A stretch of DNA of 64,000 bases from Spirogloea muscicola (Eukaryota), in assembly GCA_009602725.1 (NCBI GenBank), contig WELB01000001.1, forward strand, positions 1,334,660 through 1,398,659. The letters are read 5' to 3'. Position 1 is the first letter of the stretch; the number at the start of each line of letters is the position of its first letter. Under the pieces are notes generated by a model. It was not told the origin of the DNA. It saw only the letters and a program-made list of their open reading frames with translations, and ran no database searches. Position numbers and translations under genes: made by a program. This document shows positions 1-12,335 of the stretch, piece after piece.

Positions 1-3000
1 GGCGTGGGCCATCGCCGCCGCCGCCGCCGGCGGCGCCGGCGGCGCGGGCGTGGACCTCGAGCCGGGCCTGCTGTACGACGACGGCGCCACGCTCGGCGCG
101 AAGCTGTGAGCGCCGCCGCCACCACCCGGTAGCGCTGACGGGCCAGCGCAGGACGGAGCCGTCGGCGCAGATCAATTTTTTTTGGGTTTTCGGATGTGAA
201 CCCACGACCTCAAGGTCATGGGGAGCCACCCTGTGCAGGCAGGTGGGCGAGGCCGTGGAGGCGGCGCTGCAGAGGCTCGGCTGCCCGCACGCGCTGCAGG
301 CGCACCAGCTGCAGGGCCTGGACTACGCCGCCATCCTGCCCGTCGCCGCGTGGCTCCTCAAGCGCGCCCAGCGCACGCGCAAGGACCGCTCCAAGAAGGT
401 GCGCTGCGCCCACCACCGACGCAGCTGGGCACTGTTGTTCTCGAATGTGAGCTCAGGCATGTAGCCAGTGCTGGCGGAACAGTTTCCAGCAATGCAGTGA
501 GCAAGCTCGCAGCGGTAGCCATTGATCTGTGGGGGAGACACAGGGCATGGAATTCTTGGGTTGGGTTTGAGGGTCATGGTTCCGGGTTAGGGGCCTGCAT
601 GAGGGCTAGGACATCTGCTGCTCAGGCACACCCACGTGCCACGTCTGGCAAGGAGAGCGGTTGCATCAGCTGTCAAGCCCGGCCCAACCGAAGAATGAGT
701 TTACTTAAGCCTGACATCTGACGCCATCACTCATCTGCCAGCTGGAGAGTTATGCGATCCACCGATTCCATGCTGATCTCGACAACGCGAGTTGCAGTCT
801 TGAAGAGCGGGCGCAGGTTTGCAAGGCCCCCGCTTCCCTACTGCCATGGTGTTGACTGACATACTATTGCCAAGGCTCTAGTGACGGCTAAAGTCATCAA
901 TTCACAAGCTGTGGCATACATCTGCTCCAAAATAGAGATTTCTGGCTCCCTTATCCATCAGGTCCTTAAGCTGCCTGCTAAACCAAACCCTTTGCTCCAT
1001 TTCGCTGGCTGGAGCACAGCTCTTAGCTTGGGAGAAGGAGTTGTACATTGTGGGCGTCCCTCCAACGTGTTCAGCGTAGGGTCAGCCCTAGCCTCGCCAA
1101 GTGACTTAGACCACAGCTCTGACCCTTTTCAATGATTGCCACTTGTTCGAATGAGCCAGCCTACCTCGACTAGCATGGCATCAGAGCAACGTGTGCCCAA
1201 GCAGCTTCCTACTAGAGGACTTGGGCTGAGCTCAGGCCCTGTTCCCGGCCCTCTCCAGGGTGCAGCAAGAGGCCCAACAACCGGCAGAGGAGGTCAGCGC
1301 CAGCAGCTGCCTGGGACAGGAGCGCCAGGTGCTTTGCATTAATACTTTCCAAGGTCCTCCGTCAGATTGCCGAATGCCCTCTTAGCTTGTAGGACTATGG
1401 AGTGATGACTGATACTCTCATCTTAGAAGTGACTCACGAGAAGCTCTGCTGGCGCCACAGCTCTTGGGTGAGAAGGTAATCCGTAGCGGCAGGCTGCTAG
1501 ACTTGCGGAGCAGCGCCGAGGCGCGTTTGGAGGCCTCCTCGACTTTGCTCGCTGCTCAGGTCCGCAGCTTCCGTCATACGTGGCCGCCATTTTGAACCAT
1601 GATGTCGCATCTCTGTGAGCATGATTATGTAAACCCTGCGACCGACAGTCTGCGAGCCTTGGCCTTGTTGGGTAGGTGGAGCAGTGCAAGGAAGCCGTGG
1701 AAAGGGAGCACGCAGTGCGCCTGGCAGCGGAGGAGGCTGGCGTTGGCAACCATGACCTTGAGGAGGTCGTTAGGCTCCTTGGCGAGCTTCAGGTGAGACA
1801 TGGATGCACAGATACCTTGTCCCAACTGGAGAATCTTGAAAGCTGTTCCTGATACTGCATGGATGCCTCATCCCATGTGTAGTCACTAGTACCAGACAAG
1901 GAAGTCCTCGTCCCTTCGAAATGGAATCCCGTGGATTGAATTGTCGCCCTCCATGTGGCAGGGCATGCGAGATAGGGAGCTGGATTTCAAGTCTACTTGT
2001 CGATCCCAGCGTGCAGAGCTGCAAGACTCCATCCATATGTTACGGGAAGCTGGCAACTCTCGAGAGCGGAGTCTGCAGGAAGTCCAAGCCGAGGAACTTC
2101 TTGTGGTAATAAGTCCTGAAAGGCACAAACCCCAAACCCCTAGTCCCTAAGCTCAGATGAATTTGAGCTCATCTGTGAGATCTGCAACGAATGTTCCTTA
2201 TGCTTAGAAACAGGTGTTGTGAGTAACAAGCAAGGGATCAAGAGTTGCTTAGCAAGACTACCAGATTCTTGCCCTTGCTTATTCCACTTGTCCTCCTGCA
2301 CTGCGAGGCATCAGTCAAGTCTGAGATACGAGCAAGCAAGAGCCTTGGATGTCGTGGTCACGGGGATGCCTGCATCTTGCTGCTGCTCACATGTCAAAGC
2401 CTGTGTTGCCCTTACTACCAACAGGAGCTTGACACATGCCGACAAAGAGTTGCAGCCTTAAGACATCAGCTTGACGAGGCACCATCACAGCGCGAACTTA
2501 TACAGTTGCACTTCTTGGCCCTCCAAGTCCACTTTTGAAATGAAGTAATCATTAATAAGCGATCACGAAATGTCTTGTATGATGTTAGGCACAGGAGTCT
2601 AAATAGGTGCACTCGCGGGACGAGGTTGTGTGACTTATTTACCTGCCTAAGCAGAGGAGCAGAACAACCCATGGTGGGCCTGCGTGCAGGTATGAGCGTC
2701 GTTTCGTGGAGCTCCACTGTCACATCCAGGTGGGGGTCATTGAGAGCCCCCTCATCTGCACTCTTCACTTAGGAGCCAGTTTCTATTGGTGCTCCTGTTT
2801 ACAAACCAGTGGAGTAATTACCCATGCTCATCCAGCTCATGACTCATTTTCCCACTCCTGACAGAGGAAGCTTCTGGATTCAAGGGGCCACTATAGGATG
2901 CACAATGTTGTTCTCTCCCTTTCCCAGTTTGCCGCCAAGGAAATCTCTTTGCTCTCGTCAATACAATCGCAGGTTATATCATATTACCAAAGGCCTGGCA

Positions 3001-3825
3001 GCTGCAATTCTCTACCTTGCATGCTTCTCGTGCTGTGTTGGTCTTACTTTGACCAGTCATGCTTGTAAGGCTTGTTAAGGCATAAAGTTTGTGAGCCTAA
3101 TCTCATCAATACAGATAATAAAGAGGCCACCACCTGACAATCTCGGCTCTTGAGGCAGGATTAAACTTGCTGAGTCTTAATAGCTCAATTTGCTTTGGCA
3201 GTTCGAGATTGCTATGTCATCGCCTGCAGGCTGTGAAAAATTTCTGGAGTCAATGCAGGCCATTGTGACGAGCGTGGAAGAGGTGAGTCCTATGACATGC
3301 TTTGCTGCAACACAGGCCTGTCTTGTCCTACTAAGGAGAGGAGCTCTGAAGGTTCTTGCACCATTGGTAAAAATTCCCATTACATAAGGTGTGACTGCCT
3401 AAGCCACCTTTGCCATTCGTGTGCCAGACACTGCAAAAGATGAGCAGGAAGGTAGAGGGGGAGCTCCTCACCTTGGCAGCCCTGCAGGAGAAGCAATCAG
3501 CAGAGTTGGCAGCCCGCAGCACATATGCCAGCCTTGTGAACGAGTTTCAGGTGCCTGACTAAAACGAGACAAGCTGTGCATACAAACAAGCTATGCTCCG
3601 CAGCAGAATTGACCTCTTCCCAATCTCTGATGAATGTTTGCTGGGATTGCTGATGCTTTATCCCATGTTACAGGCCAAAACAACACCCGGCCCCCTGAGA
3701 GGTGCATTGACAATGGCCAGCTGTTGACTGATGCTGTTGTTCAGGAAGAATTTTTGCGCCATGAACTTCTACAGAAGCAGCTGCAAGTGGCTGCCACTAG
3801 TGCCAGTTTGAGCACGGAAGGATAA
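1..3825 (+). CDS. CCDC93: CCDC93 (CCC/Commander complex coiled-coil subunit), multi-exon, 5'-truncated by the window edge
   Basis: Exon peptides LLYDDGATLGAKL | VGEAVEAALQRLGCPHALQAHQLQGLDYAAILPVAAWLLKRA match the CCDC93 N-terminal motif (CPHxLxPHQIQGxD...PVVQWLVKR). C-terminal exons read LDEAPSQRELIQ, CEKFLESMQAIVTSVEE, YASLVNEFQ, EEFLRHELLQKQL. GT-AG introns; stop TAA 3823-3825. Confidence 0.88.
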
Positions 3826-4207
3826 ATAGAGACAAGCAGGATGCAGATGAATGATAGCTCAAGAACGTTGCCTTCCCAGACGGCTACTTTGATATTCAGG
3901 AGAGATGATAGCCAATAGAGCAGCTACGCCTTCCTGCAGATGCAATGATGATCTTGGACGCAGGGAAGAATGCAGTCGCTCCCAAATGCTTGCCATAAGT
4001 CTACTGCATAGCATACTTCAAAGCCCTCGGTGAATGGCGAAGGGGCCAGCTCAAACAGCAGCATCGTAAAGAAGAGCATCCATGGACAATTTTGCAGGTG
4101 AATAGCACCAAATGGGGTTGTCAAGGCTTTTCATGCATAAGTTGTACATTGCTGGATGTGAATATGTACTGTCCAAGCTAACACGATGTTTACTGCAATC
4201 CTTGCTT

Positions 4208-7200
4208 TCAGAGCTCCTCCTCAGGACGCATAGTCTTGGAGAGGAGCACATTGCCAGCGTCTGCTGTTGTTGATGCTGGAAAGTTCGCCACTGGAGACGG
4301 TGCGGACCATGTGAACCAACTAGGGATTGCCGGCGTGTCTTTTGGGAGTGCAAAGAAAGTCTCAGAGTACATGACATAAAAGAGTCCAAACAAGATGATG
4401 GAGCCGAGGAACATTGCTGCCAGGATGAGCCACGCCTTCCACTCTGCCATCCGACATGAGGCAATAGGACCTTGCATCAAAATCATATCAAGAAGCTGCA
4501 TAAACTGCGTCATTCATTGATGTTTAATCTTCTACATGGAGGTTGTTGAACCCTTGACGGTTTGCTTTAGAGACTTCCTGTACAAGCCTGTACTCGTACT
4601 CAGCGCACTCAAAAATGTAGTCCTCACATCTATGATAACTTAAAAAAGACATCTGACTAAAGAGCTCAAAGCATGCTGTAATACATGTAATGACAGACCC
4701 ACTCTGCAGGTAGATGTGCACAACAATGCCAGAAGGGGAGTGCATACCTGGAATGCTCTTTTTGATTGGCACCTGTGTCACACGGGCACTAGAGTCCGCC
4801 GAGACTGATAGGACAGACCTTCAAATTCAAGATAACAATACAAATGGCGTATCAGCAATACGAGGCATAAATTAGACAAGGTACGAGGCAAGGGACCACT
4901 AGCACATCAACACACCTTGACAAGAGACAAGGTATTCTTGAAGAGTTGGGTTAGCTTAAATTGTAGTCGAGCATGCATAAGACTCTGCAAAGAGCTTACC
5001 AGCCACTGGGAGAAAATTGAAGTGCTGTTATGAACACCATGTGTGCACTTTTCACTTTTCTCTTCACGGTCATAGTCTTTATATCCACAATGGCAACATC
5101 ACCAGCTGCGGAACCGCTGTGTACAGTGTGGTCATTGGTCAATATGTGGTACACATGTACCCAGGGGGTCACGAGACTTCTGTCTGTCAAAGAGCAAATG
5201 TGTGCTCACAAAAACCTATGACATTGGAAGCTAAGCAGAAGAAGCAGCACTAGGATCAAGTCCCTTCGAGATATAACCTGCAGGTTTTAGTATCCGACCA
5301 GAGTTGAATCTGCTCACGTGGCAAGATGCTTGCCACAAGGACTCGCAGCAAATGCTGAGATGGGCTCCTCATGGAGCTTCTTCGCACCCAACAACTTCCA
5401 GTTGGGGATATTATATACTGCCACAAAGCCACCAGTTTCTGCACAGCATAACAATGCATATCACTGTAAGGAGTGCTGCCAAGAGCTGCTACTTGCTGAA
5501 GAGCTGAAATATTGGACAGACAGCATAGTCATTGTAGAGATGTAGAGATGGACACCTGATGCATCAAGTAGTAAGTCTAAGGGAAGGTTCTCACTGCGAA
5601 CAATCGTAATGTACAAAAAGGGCATTGCATCAACCCTGGTGAATCGGCAAAACCCGAACCTTCCACCCTGTACACACGCCCATGTACCAGATATGAAGTG
5701 CTGAGCAATTCAGTGCTGAGCACCAGTTTTCATCCCTTGCTGCTCAAAGCAAGGTATTGTTTAGATGATATTCAAGCAACAATGGCATCGTCAACTGACA
5801 AGATGATCTCACCGCAGCAAACTCAAGAGTGGCAACTGGGCTGGATTCTGTCAGCTTCCACACTTTGCAGGGCCCAGTATCGGCTGTGGAAGCCACCATG
5901 TCGCCCTCAAGGCTGAATCTCCAGGAAATTTATAATGATTAGGCACTGATTGCTTCTCAGCCAAGTGACGACCCATGCTCAATAAGATCTACAGTTTGGT
6001 GCGAAAGAAACCAGAACTTTGTTGAGCTGCTGTTACCTGAAATCCAAATCCTTGATTGAAGTTGAGTGTGCCTTGGGCACATCTAAGACAACCTCCAAGC
6101 CTGGCCACTTCATCACTCTCAAGTGACCATCCTGCAAGTTCAAGAACTTGGATCCAGTATGTGGGCCGTGGCTGCTTGTTCACGTCACAGAAGGCTCAAA
6201 GCCAAGGGTGTGATGAGGAGACTACAGCTGAGCGAGGGTATCCCATGTCTTACATCAGCTGATAGTGAATCTGAATGCAGAAGGGGAGGTCCACATGGAG
6301 CAGTCAATTGCAGGTAGAAGCGCATGTAAGCAATGCCATGGGAGGGGTGGAAGCTTGGACCTTCTACCTCACCCCCTGCGGCTAGATGGGATCCATCTGT
6401 GCTGAAGACCAAGCACTTCTGCTCTCCAATTCCTTGAAGCACAGGAAGACTGGTCTTACTAGCAGATATGGAAGGTCCATCCTTGTCGTCGTCACCAAGG
6501 TGTAAAGAGAACAGTCTGCAAACCATTGCAGATAGATGGCAAGCCTCTTGTCACATGTGCTCACCAACACATCCACTTGCAAAATCTGGGGGTCTTTCCT
6601 CTGATGAATGGTTCAGTGAGAAGAGGCAGATGAAAAGGACAAATCAATGTCTAATCTTCCAGCTTCACAACTGACCACAGTTCCCCTCAAGTCAAGTGAC
6701 GGCCTCTACACTGTGTGACTAAGAATAGGTACCTGGAGTATCTCATTTATATACTTTTGTGCTCCTGCCAATACCTGCAGTCATTGGAGAAGGAAGCCAC
6801 AATGCCATCGCCACCAGGGTCCACAGCGCATCTAAAAGGAGCATCGTCTTCAGTATCAATCTCAGCTACCTGGTTGTCCAGAAGAACAGTGGGGATGAGC
6901 TTGGTGCTGCAAAATCATGCTAGCCAAGCAACCATGAAAACGATCAAAGAACAACCTGAAAGACACCTAAGACCTCAGCAACCGAGTACCACAGAGCGGG
7001 TAAATTAGTGCAGGTAGGCACGAGTAGGGGGGGAACCGAAGTAGAAGATGGCATGCTGGAATCCATAGGTGTTACGAAGCTTTCTGCAGCATTGTCAGGG
7101 TTTGGCTAGGAGGTCCAGCAGTGGAGGACGCCTGATGAGTCATAAGGCAAATAGGTGCAGCTTATGCTCAAGCAGGGTCAGAGATTCAGATCGGCATGAG

Positions 7201-7462
7201 TCCCCGATGAGACTACCACTTCTGGGCTGAGAAAGGCTATGAAAGGCAGTCGACGTGCCTGCTCCGAAAGCTCGTCCGCAGCTTCATTGTACCTGGCCAG
7301 CAGGAGGCGGTTCTTGACGCCGTGCTTGCGATCGCCCCCTCCGCCGCCAAATAGTACGAGGTCGCCGTGCGCGCTGTCGGCCTTCGTGCTGGCCCAGGAG
7401 GCGCAGAAGAGAGGCACGTCGTACTTGCGCGAGCACTTGAGGTAGTTCGCGCGCCTGGACAT
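4208..7462 (-). CDS. SEC12-like / PHF1-like WD40 beta-propeller ER membrane protein, multi-exon
   Basis: N-terminus KYDVPLFCASW...LVLFGGGGGDRKHGVKN resembles the SEC12 K-loop GGGG motif. WD repeats GEQKCLVFSTDGSHLAAGGE and KSAHMVFITALQFSPSG, VLSVSADSSARV. C-terminal TM segment EWKAWLILAAMFLGSIILFGLFYVMYSETFFALP resembles plant PHF1. Confidence 0.85.
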
Positions 7463-7784
7463 GGCTGGGGGGGCGGCTGCTGGCCCCGCTGTGCCGCGCC
7501 TGGCGGCGGGTGGCGACGAGCCCGGAGGAAGCGACGGGCTGAGGCAGAGGAGCTGGCGCTCCGCCTCTGCGAGGCTGCGGCCGACGCCGGCGACGGCGGC
7601 AACGGTGGCGGGCGAAGAAGAGAGAGAAGGCGCGCGGGGCAAGAAGCGGCTGCTGAAGTTAAAGAATCGACTGTATACTGCCAGCCAGATGCATACGGGT
7701 GTTCATGACGGAGCCAAAGGCTAGGCAGACAGGGCGCCCTCAATACCCCCCTGTCAGCAGTAGGAAGCCAGATGAGCTGGCTTT

Positions 7785-10700
7785 TGAGAAAAAGCTCGCC
7801 CGTAGAAGAGAGGCTTTTGGGCTGGCTTTTCCAGCCCCTATTCTCAATGGGCGAGCAATTTCTTCTGATGAGCTGAGGGGAGGAAGAGCAACCCCGCTGC
7901 ATAGACCAGAAGAAAAAGCTCGCCCATAGAAGAGAGGGGCTGCAGAAGCCAGCCAAAAAAGAATTTTGTCTTTGGACAAAATCCAAAGAGCTACAGGAGA
8001 ATCACTCAGTAACCTCTGCTAAGCAGCCGCAGGTTGGAGATGCTAGGCTCGTTGAAGTGGGTCCCCTGGCCAGAAGCCAGAGGCAGCAGCGAGGGCTCTG
8101 CCGGCACGAAGGTGCAACGCCCGGGCCATAGACCTCTGCAGCGAGACGGCCAGGCGCATTCGATACACTTGCGCCAGCGACCCGACTGCAGGAAAGTCGA
8201 TTGGCTCCCCATGGAAGCGACGGGCGATGGTGTGGCGGGCGAGCTGGGTGAGCAGCTCGAGCCACCGAGCGCCCAGCGCCCCATGGGTATCAACCCTAAA
8301 CCCTAGACCAGAGGCTGCTGCAAGGGCGCGACCAGCCCGGCGATGCAAGGCAATCGCCTGGGCCCGCCGCCGGGTGGTCCTTGTACTTGTGCGAAGGGAA
8401 TGCGTGTATATTAAGAGATGGGGAGGCCATGTGTGGCCAAGTACAAAGGCAAGCACATTGGACAAATGTACGTCACCTGCTGCTAAGCTGACCCGCTCAG
8501 TAACCACGAGTCAGCACATAGAGGTCGCTAGCTGACGCTCGAATACCGGACGGCAATTGACTAGCTCTTGTGCCAGCAGCTAAGGCTCGACCAGCTTTCT
8601 GATGCAGAGCATACGCCTGAGCTCGTTGCAGACAGGTTGACACTCGACGTCGCAGAAATGACAGATAGGCTGCCGGCATACCCATCTGGGCTGGGAGCAT
8701 ATCCTCGCGTCGTGCATATCCCAGACTCGCTATGTTCTCGAGTAGGGTATGGAAGCGAGGACCCAAGCAGCCGAAAGTGTCGATTGCGGCCGCCAGGCTG
8801 GCACAGTATTATGCTGGCAAGGAAGGGAGGGCCGCGAGCAGGGGCAGACTAGATGCGGCTGCTGATTCGGCTGAGCAAGGCCAACGTAGGGAATGGGCTC
8901 TTCCTGGGCCCCTTCATGGGCCTCCACCCGGCCTCCACCCGTGGACAGCACTTCAGGCCCCTCCGTCATTGTGGCCCCCTTCGAACCATTGACAACTCTG
9001 TTTCGGGCTGGCCTTTTCACAGCCCTTGCCCCCATTGGGAGAGCAACTTCTTCCCTGGCCCCTTCTTCCTGGACCCCTTTGGACCTTGTCGAGTTTTTCA
9101 AGGCTGGCTTTGCACAGGCCTCGCCCATCTTGGAGCTTTTACTTCGGATGAACTTGCATCTCTTCTTGGAAAAGCTTTTTCCTATAAGAAGGGCTGCTTC
9201 TGATAATGTGAAAAAGGAAATGGTCAGCCCCACTACATGGATGAACAAGGTGCAAAGAAAGGGGGGAAGGCGCGCGGGGCGCATGAAAAGAAATGGAGGC
9301 CAATTCAAGCCGACACATTGTTCAGGCAGAGTCTAGGGCAAACTAAACAGGGCTACATAATACGCAGACCTAAAGAGAGTAATATGGGAAGCACAGTCGT
9401 CAGGACTGTGCTTTCCATATTGGCCTGCACGCGCCACGTGGCGGGCAGCCCCGCAAGACCTTCAGCGAAGTGCATTTGAGCGTCCTCTCTTTGCTGCGAA
9501 GACACTCAATAACCCCTGCTAAGCAGTCTCAGGTCAGAGATGCTAGGCTCCTGCAAGTGGGTCCCCGGGCCAGAGAAAGGGCTCTCCCATTGAGGATAGG
9601 GGCTGGAACAGCCAGCCCAAAAAATAATGAACCAGAGCCAGAGGCAGCAGCGAGGGCTCTATTTGTAGCTGCTTCTGTACTTGTCTTTCTTAGTGCTTCC
9701 CCTGGCCCCCTTCTTGTACTTTGTTCATTCTTTTTTGGGCTGGCTGTTCCAGCCCCTATCCTCAATGAGCGAGCACTTTCTTTCGGAGCGGAGCTGGCCG
9801 CGCATATGCTCCGTTGCGCGCACGGGGGCGAGCGGACCTGCTCCCATGATCTCGTGCGCGATGGTGTACAGGAGAGACCGTGTATTAGAAAGAAATGTAG
9901 GCCAAATGGCCAGGTACAAAGGCAAGCACATCTAAAGATCTACATAACCTACAGCAGATTGACCCGCTCAATAACCACGAGTCAAAACATAAAGGTCACT
10001 ACTCGATGCATGAATACTAGATACCAGGAACGGAGCCCTTCTGCCACCTACTAGAGCTCGCCCAGCTTTCTGGTGCAAGGCACTAGCCTGAGCACGCTGC
10101 AAACAGGCCGAAACTCGTCGTCGCAAGAGCGACAGATATGCAGCTAGCAAGCCCATCTCAGCCGGAAACACATCTGCACGTCGAGTGTAGCCTAGTTTGG
10201 CAATGTTTTGAAGCAGAGTGTGGAAGCGAGGACCCAGACAGCCAAAGATGTCGATTGCAGCTGGCAGGAGTTGATCGCATTGGGGGTAATCGGAGTAATG
10301 CCGCAGTTTTCTTTGTTCTGCTCCGCTCACTGCGTGCCCAGCAATGTGTGTTGATGCTGGGCCTTCATATGCCTCCGTAACAACAACGTCGACCAGGGCC
10401 CGTGGTCCTCCACCAGGTTGCACGCCCACAATGTCAAGTGTGCGGCGATGATAACGTCCCTGGGCGTCCGTGGTGATAGGCATGATATTGTTGACTTCCA
10501 CGACCGCACGGTGGCCGGCGTCGCGCATCAAGCCCGCCAGGGCATCGCGAAGGAGGTTGTGAATGCCCACCACTTCTGGTCCAGTGGGGCATCTCAGCAT
10601 GTGAGTGGCGAGCACAGCACCCTCTGCACGGAAGCCGCACTCGCACTGGCGCACCCCAATCAGGCAATCAGGTGGGAGGCCGAGATATATATACAGGGGG

Positions 10701-11762
10701 TGTTTATGGAGGCGGGCTTTAAGGTGGCGGTGGAGAACGCATCAGTGATGCCAATCCAGCTGGGCGCGGACGGCCAGCCCCATACGCGCCGCACCGACCT
10801 GGTCGCCTTCCCGCCCGGCGGCAATTCCCCTTCATCGCCGACGTGGTGACAACCGACTGCTGGGAAAAGCCAGCCCAAAGGAATGGACAAGGTCTGAAGG
10901 AGCCGGAGTCGAAGCAGTCAGTTGTACGAAGGACTAGGACTAAGACATCAGCCAGGGAACGCTCAGTTTGTTGATTTTTTTGGGCTGGCTTTTCCAGCCC
11001 CTATTTTCAAAGGGCAAGCACTTTCTTCAGTAACCTCTAGTCAGGAGATGCAAGTCTGAGTAGCTAGCCGGCGGAAAGACGTCGCCCAACTAGAGGAAGA
11101 ACAGAAGCGCGGCCAGATTGACTGGTGGCTGGGAAAGGCCAGCCCAAAGGGATGGACAAGGTCTGAGGGAGCCTGAGTGCGAACGACTAGGACTAAGACA
11201 TCAGCCAGGGAACGCTCAGTACTCGGACTTGCATCTCTCCTGACTAGAGGTACTGAGCGTTCCCTGGCTGATGTCTTAGTCCTAGTCGTTCGCACTCAGG
11301 CTCCCTCAGACCTTGTCCATCCCTTTGGGCTGGCCTTTCCCAGCCACCAGTCAATCTGGCCGCGCTTCTTCGTCAGTAACCTCTAGTCAGGAGATGCAAG
11401 TCCGAGTAGCTAGTTGGCGGAAAGACGTCGCCCTGACGGAAGCCGGGAGGCCGCCGCCAAAGCTCGGCCAGCTTTCTGGTGCAAGGCACTAGCCTGAGCA
11501 CGCTGCAAACAAACCGAAACTCGTCGTCGCAAGAGCGACAGATATGCAGAAGAAAGTGCTCGCCCATTGATAATAGGGGCTGGAATAACCAGCCCGAAAA
11601 AGAATGAACAGAGTACGAGAAGGGGGCCAGGGGAAGCGCTAAGTAACAGAAACAAAGCTGCTACGAGACACTCAGTAACCCCTGCTAAGCAGCCGCAGAT
11701 CAGAGATGCTGGGCTCCTGGAAGTGGGTCCCCTGGCCAGAGCCAGAGGCAGCAGCGAGGGCT
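7785..11762. mobile_element. Nested cluster of 5'-truncated CRE-clade non-LTR retrotransposon fragments (subfamilies A, B, C, E), both orientations
   Basis: Repeated ORF ends '...LTRGY*/LSRGY*' at ~8006, 8497, 9968, 11373 and 11672. An RLE-domain fragment at 9968-10654 reads CECG...HMLRC...HNLLRD...RRTLDIV...LVDVVVT...KLRHY...LPAAIDIFGCLG. A second RLE fragment on + lies at ~10690-10855. Shared 3'UTR hairpins. Confidence 0.9.
11103..11369. repeat. Perfect 120-bp inverted repeat (27-nt spacer) made of two subfamily-B 3'UTR copies
   Basis: 11103-11222 is the reverse complement of 11250-11369. Confidence 0.9.
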
Positions 11763-12335
11763 NNNNNNNNNNNNNNNNNNNNNNNNNNNNNNNNNNNNNN
11801 NNNNNNNNNNNNNNNNNNNNNNNNNNNNNNNNNNNNNNNNNNNNNNNNNNNNNNNNNNNNNNNNNNNNNNNNNNNNNNNNNNNNNNNNNNNNNNNNNNNN
11901 NNNNNNNNNNNNNNNNNNNNNNNNNNNNNNNNNNNNNNNNNNNNNNNNNNNNNNNNNNNNNNNNNNNNNNNNNNNNNNNNNNNNNNNNNNNNNNNNNNNN
12001 NNNNNNNNNNNNNNNNNNNNNNNNNNNNNNNNNNNNNNNNNNNNNNNNNNNNNNNNNNNNNNNNNNNNNNNNNNNNNNNNNNNNNNNNNNNNNNNNNNNN
12101 NNNNNNNNNNNNNNNNNCGCCGCGCGAGGCGGCTCGGCACAGCCGCCGCCGGCCATGGCGCCGCGCTGATCGAGGGGCCAGGACCGCCGCGCGACCCGCG
12201 GTGGCCCGCATTGCCGCGCCAAGCCTGCCAGTCGAGCCAGGAAGCCCGCTGGTTGGGCAAGGCGTGGTCTCGCGTCGCCGGGCCGCCGAGGCCCCGCCCT
12301 GGCAGTCACGGCGGCGTGGCGGCCGGCTTCCAGCC

